Source of the DNA: Thermoleophilia bacterium
GTDB lineage: Bacteria; Actinomycetota; Thermoleophilia; Gaiellales; SKUG01
Assembly: GCA_025964435.1 (NCBI GenBank)
Contig: JAOPYV010000007.1
Span: 1-55,505, forward strand
DNA length: 55,505 nt
Direction of reading: 5' to 3'
Every line of letters begins with the position of its first letter. Positions within the stretch are counted from its first letter, which is position 1. Under the pieces are notes generated by a model, which searched no databases, was not told the origin of the DNA, and saw only the letters and a list, made by a program, of their open reading frames with translations. The position numbers and the translations under genes are program-made. Below are positions 1-8,857 of this stretch, in pieces.

Positions 1-385
<385 letters not shown>

Positions 386-484
386 AGCTTGATTTGAATA
401 TCAAGGTGTTACAAACGGAATTGAACCAATATGCGGGTTTGAGGGTTCGACTTCGAGACTTCGGTCTCGGTCCCCTTGAAAGTT

Positions 485-600
485 TCCGGTGATCGTAGCG
501 CACGGGTCATACCTCTTCCCATTCCGAACAGAGAAGTCAAGCCGTGAAGCGCCGATGGTACTTGGTGGGCAACTGCCTGGGAGAGTAGGTCGTCGCCGGG
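485..600 (+). rRNA. rrf: 5S rRNA
   Basis: Typical 5S core CCCATTCCGAACAGAGAAGTCAAGCC ... GGTACTTGGTGGG ... CTGGGAGAGTAGGTCG with closing helix CCGGTGATC / GTCGTCGCCGG. Lies ~100 nt after the 23S end. Confidence 0.93.
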
Positions 601-617
601 ATTTATTTCAGTGTGAT

Positions 618-650
618 GGGCCCCCCGCATTTCGATGCGGGGGGTCCATT
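618..650 (+). terminator. rrn operon intrinsic terminator
   Basis: Perfect 10-bp stem CCCCCCGCAT (621-630) / ATGCGGGGGG (635-644) with TTCG tetraloop, directly after the 5S rRNA. Confidence 0.8.
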
Positions 651-779
651 GCCAATTCTGGACCAAAAACGCGCGGTCCAGTGCTTCGATTCCCGTGCAG
701 CCTGCAACAGCGGTGCCGCGCGTCCCGATACGCGGGTGATGGCTGGGGAACGTCCCCGCATCACGGGACAGGGGAAATC

Positions 780-1382
780 ATGAAGCGAAGCATCACCATC
801 GTGGCAGCCGTCGTCGGCCTGCTCGCAGTCGTACCGGCATCCGCACTTGCGACCGGAGCGACTGCCACCGACACGCCTGCGACGACCACCACGACCACCG
901 ACACGGCCGCACCTCCGGTGACGACCACGACGACGACGGACACCGACGCGCCACCGGCTACGACGACCACGGCGACCGACACCACGACGGAGACCACTCC
1001 GGACGTCGGGACGACCGTGACCACGACCGACACCATCACGGACCTGCCGTCGATGGAAGTGCCGCTGATCCCGGAATCGACCGAGATTCCGATTGGCAGC
1101 GGGGCTGCGCCAGCTGGTGTGCCCTCCATCGGTTCGGGCGCATCGCTCCCGTTCACGGGAGTCGGCGATGTCGTCGGACCCATCACGCTCGCGCTCGTTG
1201 CGTTGCTGGGTGGCATCGTGGCCATGCGCTGGGCACAGATGCGCGAATCAGTCGCACGGGATGCAGCGAATCGTCGCAACCTGCTGGGTGCGCCGACCCC
1301 GGCAACGGGCTATGACCGAGCACTGCGTTCGTTCGAGATCGATGCGCGAGCCCGACGCGTCTTCAGCGCGCGCGTCGCCTGA
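780..1382 (+). CDS. Thr-rich secreted protein with LPFTG motif, TM helix and ~50-aa basic C-terminal tail
   Basis: Signal peptide MKRSITIVAAVVGLLAVVPASALA. Repeats TTTTTTDT(A/D)APP. LPFTG at nt 1146-1160, followed by a hydrophobic segment. ATG 780 is in frame within track ORF 489..1382, whose upstream part overlaps the 5S rRNA. Confidence 0.85.
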   Translation: MKRSITIVAAVVGLLAVVPASALATGATATDTPATTTTTTDTAAPPVTTTTTTDTDAPPATTTTATDTTTETTPDVGTTVTTTDTITDLPSMEVPLIPESTEIPIGSGAAPAGVPSIGSGASLPFTGVGDVVGPITLALVALLGGIVAMRWAQMRESVARDAANRRNLLGAPTPATGYDRALRSFEIDARARRVFSARVA

Positions 1383-1495
1383 GCGAACAGCACGGACGGA
1401 AGACATGTACGCGTGATGCCGCCGTGGCGCTCCCAACAGGGGATCGCCGTCGGCGGCATCCTGCGTTACGGAGCCCACGACGGTAGGCTGCGACC

Positions 1496-2635
1496 ATGCG
1501 AATTCGCCTGCCCCACGCACTGCTGCTCGGATTCGTCACGCTCGTCGGCGTCGGGTGTGGGAGCGCGGCACGCGTCACGTATGTCGACCCGAACTCGGAT
1601 GCCGCCTATGCCGGCCTTGGGGGAGCTTCCAGCTCCGCTCCGGTCGAGGAGTTCGGCGTGGATGCGCTGCATCGTTCCAAGGCCGTCATAGCGATCCGAT
1701 CAGCGCTCGCCGCGGCTCGGACCCTGAAGGACACGGCGCCCGCCGCCGCCGCCGACGTGCTCGACGTTGCCGTTGACGTTGAGCTGCCACGCATCGAGGG
1801 GCGGCTTGCGGCGAGCAATCCAGCACTTCGCGTGCGGCTGCGCGACCAGCTGGAGGCACTGCGTGCGGCGACGGGGGGCGGCAGCGCGAGCTACTCGGTG
1901 CTGTCACAGCGCATCGCGGGTGGGTTGCTGGACCAGGTTACGGCTGCCGTGGTCCCGGTCGAAGCGCTCCAGGATCCCGGCTTTCGTGCATCGGTGCTCG
2001 TCGAGACGGTGAACGACGCGGGGATACGCTACGAGGAGGCGTATGCGGGCGGGGACGAGATCGAGCTCGAGCGCTCCTATCGGATGGCGTACGGCCTGCT
2101 GCTCGATGCGCGTACGCGCGGGCTCGATGCCGTGCCGCAGGAGCAACGCTCGAAGCTCCAGGGTGAGTTGACCCGCGTCGCCAACCGGTCGATGCCGGGC
2201 CCGACGCCACCGACTCGTTCGCGCGATGCCGATGACGTCCTGTCCGACCTGACCGACATCGCCGATCTCATTGCCGCCGCTGCGGGCATCGACGTGACGT
2301 GGCCGCCGCCCGCCGACGGTACGCCCGATCAGCTCCGGCAGGTCAAGCGCGCCGTTGCCGCGGCAGCGGAGGCGTGGGAGCGCGACGAGTCGACGAATGC
2401 CCGGTCGCGATTGACCAGCGCACAGCAGCTGGTGCAGGGCGGCGCCGGTGCTGGCGTGGCTGCGGTGGATCCGGACCTGTCGTCGGCGATCGAGCTCGCC
2501 ATCACCGTGACGATTCCGGATGCGATGACGCAGCAGGCCGACGTGGCGGGCGCGGCCGCGGAGCTCGACGTGCAGCTCGACGATGCGATCGGCCTCGTCG
2601 AGACGGAGCTCGAGCAGCTGCGCGAGGCGGGCTGA
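1496..2635 (+). CDS. hypothetical lipoprotein (Ala/Asp-rich, helical)
   Basis: Lipobox LVGVGC-G near the N-terminus, strong G/C third-position bias, 379-aa ORF. Confidence 0.8.
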   Translation: MRIRLPHALLLGFVTLVGVGCGSAARVTYVDPNSDAAYAGLGGASSSAPVEEFGVDALHRSKAVIAIRSALAAARTLKDTAPAAAADVLDVAVDVELPRIEGRLAASNPALRVRLRDQLEALRAATGGGSASYSVLSQRIAGGLLDQVTAAVVPVEALQDPGFRASVLVETVNDAGIRYEEAYAGGDEIELERSYRMAYGLLLDARTRGLDAVPQEQRSKLQGELTRVANRSMPGPTPPTRSRDADDVLSDLTDIADLIAAAAGIDVTWPPPADGTPDQLRQVKRAVAAAAEAWERDESTNARSRLTSAQQLVQGGAGAGVAAVDPDLSSAIELAITVTIPDAMTQQADVAGAAAELDVQLDDAIGLVETELEQLREAG

Positions 2636-2638
2636 ACG

Positions 2639-2962
2639 ATGCGGTACGAGCTCACGGCCGTTGCCTTTATCCAGAGCGTCGGCGGCGAGATCGGCGTGCT
2701 GCTCGCCGTCGACCGGGACGGGGAGCAGCTCTTCGACGGCGAGCCTGCATTGCTGATGCGTCATCGCCCCGGCGCCGACCATGGCGCCCTGCACCTGGAA
2801 GGGGCCGAGGTCGTCCCGGTCGAGCTCGTGGAGGAGCTGCGCGCCGGAGCTGCGGACCTCGCTGGGCTGGTCGAGGGAGCCCATGCACGGGATGGCATGT
2901 TCGATGGGGGCCGCCTCGTCGGCGGTGTGGTGGTCGTGGAGATTTCGAACGATTCGATGTGA
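2639..2962 (+). CDS. hypothetical protein (107 aa)
   Basis: This frame has G/C at nearly all third positions. Competing minus-strand ORFs are Arg/Pro-rich shadows. Starts 4 nt after the upstream stop. No family recognised. Confidence 0.55.
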   Translation: MRYELTAVAFIQSVGGEIGVLLAVDRDGEQLFDGEPALLMRHRPGADHGALHLEGAEVVPVELVEELRAGAADLAGLVEGAHARDGMFDGGRLVGGVVVVEISNDSM

Positions 2963-3022
2963 GCTGCGCTTCGAGCGGGGTAGGGGCCAGATGTCGAACC
3001 ATCGAAGGCAAGGGGTACCACC

Positions 3023-3889
3023 ATGCGCGTTTCGCGCCTCGCCATGCTCATGCTCGTCCTGCTCGCCGCGCTGCTGCTTGCCGCGGGTTGCGGCGGTGAC
3101 GACGACAACGGGGATTCCGGCTCCGACGGCGGATCCAATGGCGACGATTCCGGTATCACCACGCCGGCCCCGCTCGAGTCAGGTGGCGCCTTCCGCGTCT
3201 GCACCGATGTCCCGTACCCGCCCGCCGAGTACCTCGAGGGCACGACGTTCGTCGGGTACGAGATCGACATCATGAACGAGGTCGCCGATCGCCTGAACAC
3301 CAATGCGGAGTACGAGAAGACGCTGTTCGATGCGATCATCCCGTCGCTCCAGGCGAAGAAGTGCGATGCCATCATCTCCTCGATGAACGTCACGCCGGAG
3401 CGGGAGAAGGAGGTCGCCTTCGTTCGCTACATGGAGATCGGCCAGTCGCTCATGGTCGCGACCGACAACGACGACGACATCGCGAACCTCGATGACCTGG
3501 CCGGCAAGACGGTGGCGGTCCAGGTTGGCACGACGCTCAAGGATGCGCTCGACGCCAAGAGCAAGGAGCTCGTCGCTGACGGGGAGGACGCGATCGAGGT
3601 GCAGTCATTCCCCGACGGCGGCTCGGCTGCGGCAGCGCTCAAGTCCGACCGCGTCGACGTCTTCTTCGCAGATTCGCCGGTGGTCGCGGACTACATCAAC
3701 AAGGATGACTCCTTCAAGTTCGCAGGCGAGCCGATCGATCCGCTGCCCGTCGGCATCGCGCTGCGCACCGAGGACACCGAGCTGACGGAGGCCATCCAGG
3801 ACGCCGTCGACGCGATGTACGAGGACGGCGGCATGGATGAGATCCTCGAGAAGTGGAAGGTCGCTGACTTCGGCCTGCCGGACGCGTGA
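3023..3889 (+). CDS. polar amino-acid ABC transporter substrate-binding lipoprotein (family 3)
   Basis: Lipobox LLLAAGC-GG. Family-3 SBP-like sequence (FRVCTDVPYPPAEY, DAIISSMNVTPERE, FFADSPVV). First gene of a three-gene overlapping operon. Confidence 0.9.
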   Translation: MRVSRLAMLMLVLLAALLLAAGCGGDDDNGDSGSDGGSNGDDSGITTPAPLESGGAFRVCTDVPYPPAEYLEGTTFVGYEIDIMNEVADRLNTNAEYEKTLFDAIIPSLQAKKCDAIISSMNVTPEREKEVAFVRYMEIGQSLMVATDNDDDIANLDDLAGKTVAVQVGTTLKDALDAKSKELVADGEDAIEVQSFPDGGSAAAALKSDRVDVFFADSPVVADYINKDDSFKFAGEPIDPLPVGIALRTEDTELTEAIQDAVDAMYEDGGMDEILEKWKVADFGLPDA

Positions 3890-4674
3890 ACCCCCTCCTC
3901 GCAGCATTCGAGACGAGCTACTTCCTCGACCAGCTGCGCCCGGATTCCGCGCTGTGGAATGCGGTCGGCCTGACCGTCGGGATCAGCGTCGTGGCGCAAC
4001 TGGCAGGAACGCTGCTCGGGCTCGTGCTCGCCACGTCCGCGATGAGTAGGCGCCGTATCCTGCGGACCCTCTCCGGGCTGTACGTCTGGATCTTCCGAGG
4101 GACCCCCGTCCTCCTGCAGATCGTCTTCTGGTACCTCGGATCCAACCTGCTGTTCGGCTTCGAGATCATCCCGCGTGACCTCGACCTGGGCATCGCCATC
4201 ATCAGCGGCAACGTGCTGGCCGGCGTGATCGCGCTGAGCCTCAACGAGGCGGCCTACATGAGCGAGATCATTCGCGCCGGCGTGTTGGCGGTCGACGACG
4301 GACAGCTGGAGGCCGGGCTCGTCGTCGGCATGACGGAGGGCGAGGCGATGCGCCGTATCGTGCTGCCGCAGGCCGCGCGCCTGATCGTGCCGGGGCTCGG
4401 CAACGAGTTCAACAACATGCTCAAGACCTCCTCCCTCGTCAGCGTGATCGGGGTCACCGAGCTGTACCAGAATGGACAGGTGGCGCTCAGCCAGGGCTTC
4501 AAGTACGCGGAGGTCTTCGCCGCGGTGGCCTGCTGGTACCTCGCCCTCACGACGATCTGGCTGCTCATCCAGGTCCAGATCGAGCGCCGGCTCGGCCGCA
4601 GCGACCGCAAGGCCGGCGAGCGGTTCTTCGAGCGGCTCTTCGGTGTCGGCGGCGCACGAAGGACGTACTCATGA
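3886..4674 (+). CDS. amino-acid ABC transporter permease (HisM/GlnP type)
   Basis: GTGA start/stop overlap with the SBP gene. Multi-TM protein with the EAA-like loop [25 protein letters not shown]. Confidence 0.9.
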   Translation: MNPLLAAFETSYFLDQLRPDSALWNAVGLTVGISVVAQLAGTLLGLVLATSAMSRRRILRTLSGLYVWIFRGTPVLLQIVFWYLGSNLLFGFEIIPRDLDLGIAIISGNVLAGVIALSLNEAAYMSEIIRAGVLAVDDGQLEAGLVVGMTEGEAMRRIVLPQAARLIVPGLGNEFNNMLKTSSLVSVIGVTELYQNGQVALSQGFKYAEVFAAVACWYLALTTIWLLIQVQIERRLGRSDRKAGERFFERLFGVGGARRTYS

Positions 4675-5447
4675 GCGGCATCCCGATCGTCGACGCACGA
4701 GATGTCGTCAAGCGCTTCGGCGAGCACGAGGTGCTGTCGGGCGTGTCGCTCGAGGTCGCGCCGAGCGAGACGGTCTGCATCATCGGACCGTCCGGATCCG
4801 GCAAGACGACCTTCCTGCGCTGCCTGAATCGCCTCGAGTCGATCGACGGCGGCACGATCGAGATCGCCGGTGAGCGGATCGGCACGCAGCTCGGCAGCGA
4901 CGGACGGCAGCAACGGATCGGGAAGCAGGAGCTCGCTGCGCAGCGCGCGGAGATCGGCTTCGTCTTCCAGCGGTTCAACCTGTGGCCGCAGCTCTCGGTG
5001 CTCGAGAACATCACGCTCGGTCCGCGGAAGGTTCGCGGTAGATCGCGCGAGGACGCCGAGGCGCAGGCGCGTGAGCTGCTGCGCAAGGTCGGGCTCGAGG
5101 ACAAGGCGCACGCCTATCCGAAGCTGTTGAGCGGTGGACAGCAGCAGCGCGTGGCGATCGCCCGCGCGCTCGCGATGCAGCCGCGACTGATGCTCTTCGA
5201 CGAGCCGACGAGCGCGCTGGATCCCGAGACGATCGGTGAGGTGCTCGACGTGATGCGAACGCTCTCGAGCGAGGGCATGACGATGGTCGTCGTCACCCAC
5301 GAGATGGGATTCGCTCGCCAGGTCGCCAATCGCGTCGTCGTGATGGACCGGGGTGCAGTCGTCGAGGTCGGGCCACCGGACCAGGTCTTCGGAGCGCCGC
5401 GCGAGGAGCGTACGCGCGAGTTCCTCTCCAAGGTACTGGCACACTAG
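4671..5447 (+). CDS. amino-acid ABC transporter ATP-binding protein (GlnQ type)
   Basis: Walker [10 protein letters not shown], signature [15 protein letters not shown], Walker [17 protein letters not shown] overlap with the permease gene. Confidence 0.95.
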   Translation: MSGIPIVDARDVVKRFGEHEVLSGVSLEVAPSETVCIIGPSGSGKTTFLRCLNRLESIDGGTIEIAGERIGTQLGSDGRQQRIGKQELAAQRAEIGFVFQRFNLWPQLSVLENITLGPRKVRGRSREDAEAQARELLRKVGLEDKAHAYPKLLSGGQQQRVAIARALAMQPRLMLFDEPTSALDPETIGEVLDVMRTLSSEGMTMVVVTHEMGFARQVANRVVVMDRGAVVEVGPPDQVFGAPREERTREFLSKVLAH

Positions 5448-5451
5448 GACG

Positions 5452-6996
5452 CTAGAAGAGGCTGATCCCGCGGCCAGGCACTGCGGCGCCGTTTGCGCCG
5501 TTCCAGCGCGCGATGTACGCCTTCGAGTCGAACTTGCGCCCCGTCGATGCCAGGGACATGAAGCGCACCTGGCCGAAGATCTCGCGCTCGTGCCACGGAC
5601 GATCGTGGACGCCACCGATCGCCCATGCCACGCCGGTGACGCCGTTCGGGTCGCGTCCGTCGAGGCTCCATCGGTCGTTGAAGCGCAGGGCGAGCTCGAA
5701 TGCGCCTGCCGCGTCGGGCCGCCACTCCAGCAGCTTCTTCGCCCAGTACATGCGCAGGTAGCCATGCATGGATCCGGTCTCGACCATCTGGTGCTGGGCG
5801 GCGTTCCAGAGCGGGTCATGGGTCGTTCCGGCCGCGAGGTCGTCCTCGTTCCAGAGCCACTCGCGCGGGTCTGCGGCATGGGTGGCGAGCGAGCGCCGTG
5901 CCCACTCCGGAGCTCCCTCGAGCTCGTGGGCATGCGGGTTCCAACGGACGAAGTTGTACGCGAGCTCGCGGCGCACGACGAACTCCTCGACGAAGGTATC
6001 GATGTCGACCGCGGGTGCCTCGGCCGCGCGGACCGTGGCCAGCACCTCGTGGGGAGCGACCTGGCCGAAGTGGACGAACGGGGAGATGTGGCTCGTGCCG
6101 TCGAGCTCGGGCCGGTTGCGCCGGGCGGCGTAGCCGTGCAGCTCCTCGTTGACGAATGCCTCGAGCCGAGCGCGCGCAGCGCGCGTGCCACTGGGCGCAG
6201 AGGTCAGGAGGCTCGCCCCGTCGGGCGTGCCTGCAGCGCGTGCGTGTGCGAGCAGGTCATCCAGCGCGGGGATCGCCGGTGCGAGGTGCACGCCCGCCAG
6301 CTGGAGCGCGGCCGCCGGCACCGGGTGTGCGGGTGCGGTGGGGCCATCGAGCCCATGGCCGAGCTCGCCGTCGAACTGCGCGAGCACCCGATGCAGCCGC
6401 GGGCGCAGCGTGCGCGCCGCGTACTCCTGGCGAGGGAAGCAGGCGCCGGGGACCACGACGTCGGCGTCGACGCTGATGAGCGGTGCGCTGATCGAATTGG
6501 CGACGTGCTCGCGGCCACGTCGCGCGCCGGCCATGACGTCGTCATCGGTGATGACGAGCGCGGGACGCAGTGCTCCATCGCGCGCGAGGAGCTCGACGAT
6601 GGGGACGCCGTCCTGCTCGACGAACAGGACGTGTGCGCCGCGGGCGATGCAGTCATCGAAGGTCTCGGGGAGCGCGCGGAGCATGAACTCGACATGGCGC
6701 AGCTCGGTGCCGGCCGGGCCGGCGAATCGTCGGAACACGACGACGAGTGGGAGGTCCAGGGCGCGCGCCGCGGCGACCGCGCAGTCCAGCGCGAGGTTGT
6801 GGCTGCCGCGCTGCGCACGCGCCATCCAGTACACGACGCTGCGGCCGTCCGCCGCGTGGGTAGCTACGTCGTTCCAGGCCAGCAGCCGCTCGGGGGCACA
6901 CGCATCCGCATCGATGCCGGCGAGCACGGCAACGGCACGCTGCTGCCGTGCATGCGTCCAGGGCGTGCACAGGGAAGTGGTCGTCTCGGGATCCAT
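5452..6996 (-). CDS. phr: deoxyribodipyrimidine (CPD) photolyase, class II
   Basis: C-terminal FAD-binding region DPLWNAAQHQMVETGSMHGYLRMYWAKKLLEW is typical of class II photolyases. Start set at MDPETTT (6996); the track ORF extends to 7089. Confidence 0.85.
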   Translation of the reverse strand: MDPETTTSLCTPWTHARQQRAVAVLAGIDADACAPERLLAWNDVATHAADGRSVVYWMARAQRGSHNLALDCAVAAARALDLPLVVVFRRFAGPAGTELRHVEFMLRALPETFDDCIARGAHVLFVEQDGVPIVELLARDGALRPALVITDDDVMAGARRGREHVANSISAPLISVDADVVVPGACFPRQEYAARTLRPRLHRVLAQFDGELGHGLDGPTAPAHPVPAAALQLAGVHLAPAIPALDDLLAHARAAGTPDGASLLTSAPSGTRAARARLEAFVNEELHGYAARRNRPELDGTSHISPFVHFGQVAPHEVLATVRAAEAPAVDIDTFVEEFVVRRELAYNFVRWNPHAHELEGAPEWARRSLATHAADPREWLWNEDDLAAGTTHDPLWNAAQHQMVETGSMHGYLRMYWAKKLLEWRPDAAGAFELALRFNDRWSLDGRDPNGVTGVAWAIGGVHDRPWHEREIFGQVRFMSLASTGRKFDSKAYIARWNGANGAAVPGRGISLF

Positions 6997-7190
6997 CACC
7001 GACAGGTTCGCACGGCCGCCGGATCTGGATGTGTTCGAGCGCTCCGAGCCCCTGATTCGGCCCTGTCCGGCAGTGGCCGCTTTCGGCATGCCCGTGGCCT
7101 ACCGCGGCCCCCGTGGCCTCGGGAGCGATGTCGGGAGCGCTCGGCCAAGCGACAGCAGGATGAAGGCTCTGCGCCACGCAGCGTCCACAT

Positions 7191-7205
7191 GACCTCGGGA
7201 GGGTC
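7191..7205 (+). promoter_or_regulatory. conserved G-rich ribosome-binding box GACCTCGGGAGGGTC (copy 1)
   Basis: 15/15 identical to 30545-30559. The core 13-mer is 12/13 identical to 32583-32595. In each case it ends 5-7 nt before the start codon of a glycine-zipper paralog. Confidence 0.7.
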
Positions 7206-7209
7206 CCAC

Positions 7210-7554
7210 ATGTCCATCGCACAGATCTCCAACGTCCAGCATTCGCTCACCCTCAAGGCTCCGGAGTCCACCCTGAGCCGCACCGTCAAGCACGCAGCCA
7301 TCGGTGGTGTCATCGGCGCAGCGCTGGGCGCCGGCCTGTCCTTCACCGCGCTGCCCTTCATCGGCGCTCTGTCGGCTCCAATCGCCGCAGCCATCGGTGG
7401 CGCCGCCGGTATCGTCGTCGGCTCGATCGTCGGACTGCTGCGCAGCCGCGGCCAGTCGGTCTCACAGGGTGTCGTGGGCGCCGGACAGCTGCCGTCCGCT
7501 CCGCCGCTGCCGGGCACGTCGGGCTCGGGCCTGCCGCCCCGACTGCCGCGCTAG
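7210..7554 (+). CDS. small glycine-zipper membrane protein (paralog 1, 114 aa)
   Basis: MSIAQISNVQ... then KHAAIGGVIGAALGAGLSF and APIAAAIGGAAGIVVGSIVG glycine-zipper helices. GGGAGGG SD. In frame at the end of the spurious 733-aa track ORF. Confidence 0.8.
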   Translation: MSIAQISNVQHSLTLKAPESTLSRTVKHAAIGGVIGAALGAGLSFTALPFIGALSAPIAAAIGGAAGIVVGSIVGLLRSRGQSVSQGVVGAGQLPSAPPLPGTSGSGLPPRLPR

Positions 7555-7577
7555 CCGGCAACGCACGGAAATGACGC

Positions 7578-7612
7578 GAGGGCGGACCCCGGGAATCCGG
7601 TGGTCCGCCCTC
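7578..7612. terminator. bidirectional terminator hairpin between convergent genes
   Basis: 11-bp stem GAGGGCGGACC (7578-7588) / GGTCCGCCCTC (7602-7612). Confidence 0.65.
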
Positions 7613-7679
7613 GTCCTCGTCGTTACTGGTTGGTGCTCCGCCCTCGTCGTCACAGGGTGGTGATCAGCCGTGCGATGGA

Positions 7680-8486
7680 TCAGGCGCGACGTGCCGAGGC
7701 GAAGTCGCTGGCACGGGCCGGCTCCTCGAGCAGGCGGGTCAGGATGTTCGACAGCAGGATGCGCAGCTGCGGCAGGCCCCGCTGCTGGGCAAGGCGCGCG
7801 CAGTCGACCGGGCGGAGAAGGATCCCGCGGCGGTAGAGCAGCGCGGTCATGCCGATCCGGACCGCGTTCACGTGGACGCAGATGCCGAGGCCGAGCAGCA
7901 GGATGCCCAAGGCCGCGGCGATCCAAGTCTCGAGGCCCGTGTAGGGAAGCGCGGCATCGCCGACGGCGCCACCGCCAGAAGCGATCGGCATCGGGGCGGT
8001 CGCTGTCGCTGCCGCAGCCGAGGGAACGACAGCCACGGCTGCCGGAGTGGCGATCGCTGCGGCGCGGGCCGGAACCTTGGCGATCGGCTTCTTCGAGATG
8101 GGCTTCTTGGCAACCGGCTTCTTGGCGATCGGCTTGGCGGCCAGGGGCTTGGTGACGACCTTGGGTGCAGTCACCGTCGGGGCGATGCCAACACCACGTG
8201 TCGGGGCGGGGATGTCCATGCCGTCGCCGCCACCGCCGCTGACGACGCGAGGCGTCGCCTCGGTCTTGATGCCACCGGAGGCGAGCGCCTGCCAGCTGCC
8301 GAAGCCGACCAGTGCGACACCGAACAGCACGACGAGGATGCGGCCCCAGCGCACGCGTGTCGCTTGGGCCGTGCCGCCACCCATCACGGGAGCTTGGGGC
8401 GCCATCGGGGTCAGCGTCGGGAAGTTGAAGCCAGCCGGAGCGGCGTACTGGGGGGCAGTGGGCTGAAAGGCGTTGGCAGTGTGCAT
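7680..8486 (-). CDS. membrane/surface protein with N-terminal TM, KKPxA repeats, LPYTG motif, second TM and ~65-aa tail
   Basis: TM helix ILVVLFGVALVGFGSW, repeats KPLAAKPIAKKPVAKKPISKKPIAK, LPYTG followed by LETWIAAALGILLLGLGICV. Start set at MHTANAF (8486) because 8487-8564 is AT-rich. Alternative start at 8564. Confidence 0.75.
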   Translation of the reverse strand: MHTANAFQPTAPQYAAPAGFNFPTLTPMAPQAPVMGGGTAQATRVRWGRILVVLFGVALVGFGSWQALASGGIKTEATPRVVSGGGGDGMDIPAPTRGVGIAPTVTAPKVVTKPLAAKPIAKKPVAKKPISKKPIAKVPARAAAIATPAAVAVVPSAAAATATAPMPIASGGGAVGDAALPYTGLETWIAAALGILLLGLGICVHVNAVRIGMTALLYRRGILLRPVDCARLAQQRGLPQLRILLSNILTRLLEEPARASDFASARRA

Positions 8487-8584
8487 GTCGCGCGTCCCGT
8501 CTCGGCGTCTGGGGTATGCATTCGATTCATCTTGGAATGGATTTTGCAGATCGTCAACAAGCAATCTGAATATTCGCGAATGTA

Positions 8585-8600
8585 TCGAACGTACGTTCGG
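8585..8600. promoter_or_regulatory. LexA (SOS) box 1, TCGAACgtacGTTCGg
   Basis: Matches the actinobacterial LexA operator consensus TCGAAC-N4-GTTCGA at 11/12 arm positions. CGAACGTACGTTCG is a perfect 14-bp palindrome. Confidence 0.75.
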
Positions 8601-8619
8601 TTCTTGTCGGGGATGGGTA

Positions 8620-8635
8620 TCGAACGTGTGTTCGG
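8620..8635. promoter_or_regulatory. LexA (SOS) box 2, TCGAACgtgtGTTCGg
   Basis: Second copy 35 bp downstream of box 1. Both lie inside the direct repeat GTATCGAACGTnnGTTCGGTT. Confidence 0.75.
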
Positions 8636-8673
8636 TTGGATTGGTGCCGCGGGTGGCGGCAAGAGGAGCTCAG

Positions 8674-8787
8674 ATGGAACTCGTACTCAAGGTGGTCCTC
8701 GTCGGCTACGTCATGTATTCCGTGCTCGGTGCGCCCTTGGTGGCTGCGCGGCGCGACCAGGTTTCCGGGCGGCGGATCGCGCGCTGA
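8674..8787 (+). CDS. 37-aa hydrophobic peptide (candidate SOS-regulated small membrane protein/toxin)
   Basis: AGGAG (8664-8668) lies 5 nt before the ATG. Sequence MELVLKVVLVGYVMYSVLGAPLVAARRDQVSGRRIAR. G/C third positions. Terminator hairpin downstream and LexA boxes upstream. Confidence 0.5.
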   Translation: MELVLKVVLVGYVMYSVLGAPLVAARRDQVSGRRIAR

Positions 8788-8811
8788 CGCGGCGACACGT
8801 TCGGGTGGGAC

Positions 8812-8857
8812 GGGGGCGAGGAGGCGGTCGCGCTGCGCGGGCTGCATCCTCGCCCCC
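8812..8857 (+). terminator. hairpin terminator after the 37-codon ORF
   Basis: 11-bp stem GGGGGCGAGGA (8812-8822) / TCCTCGCCCCC (8847-8857), followed by GCAGTTCTTCG. Confidence 0.6.

Noticed and set aside
5353-7209. Upstream 619 codons of the 733-aa plus-strand ORF 5353..7554
   Set aside because: This part is antisense to the class II photolyase. Only the last 114 codons, from ATG 7210 with a GGGAGGG SD, look like a real gene.
7603-7645. Direct repeat TCCGCCCTCGTC (7603-7614 and 7634-7645)
   Set aside because: It is a short two-copy repeat partly formed by the terminator arm. There is no evidence for function beyond the hairpin.
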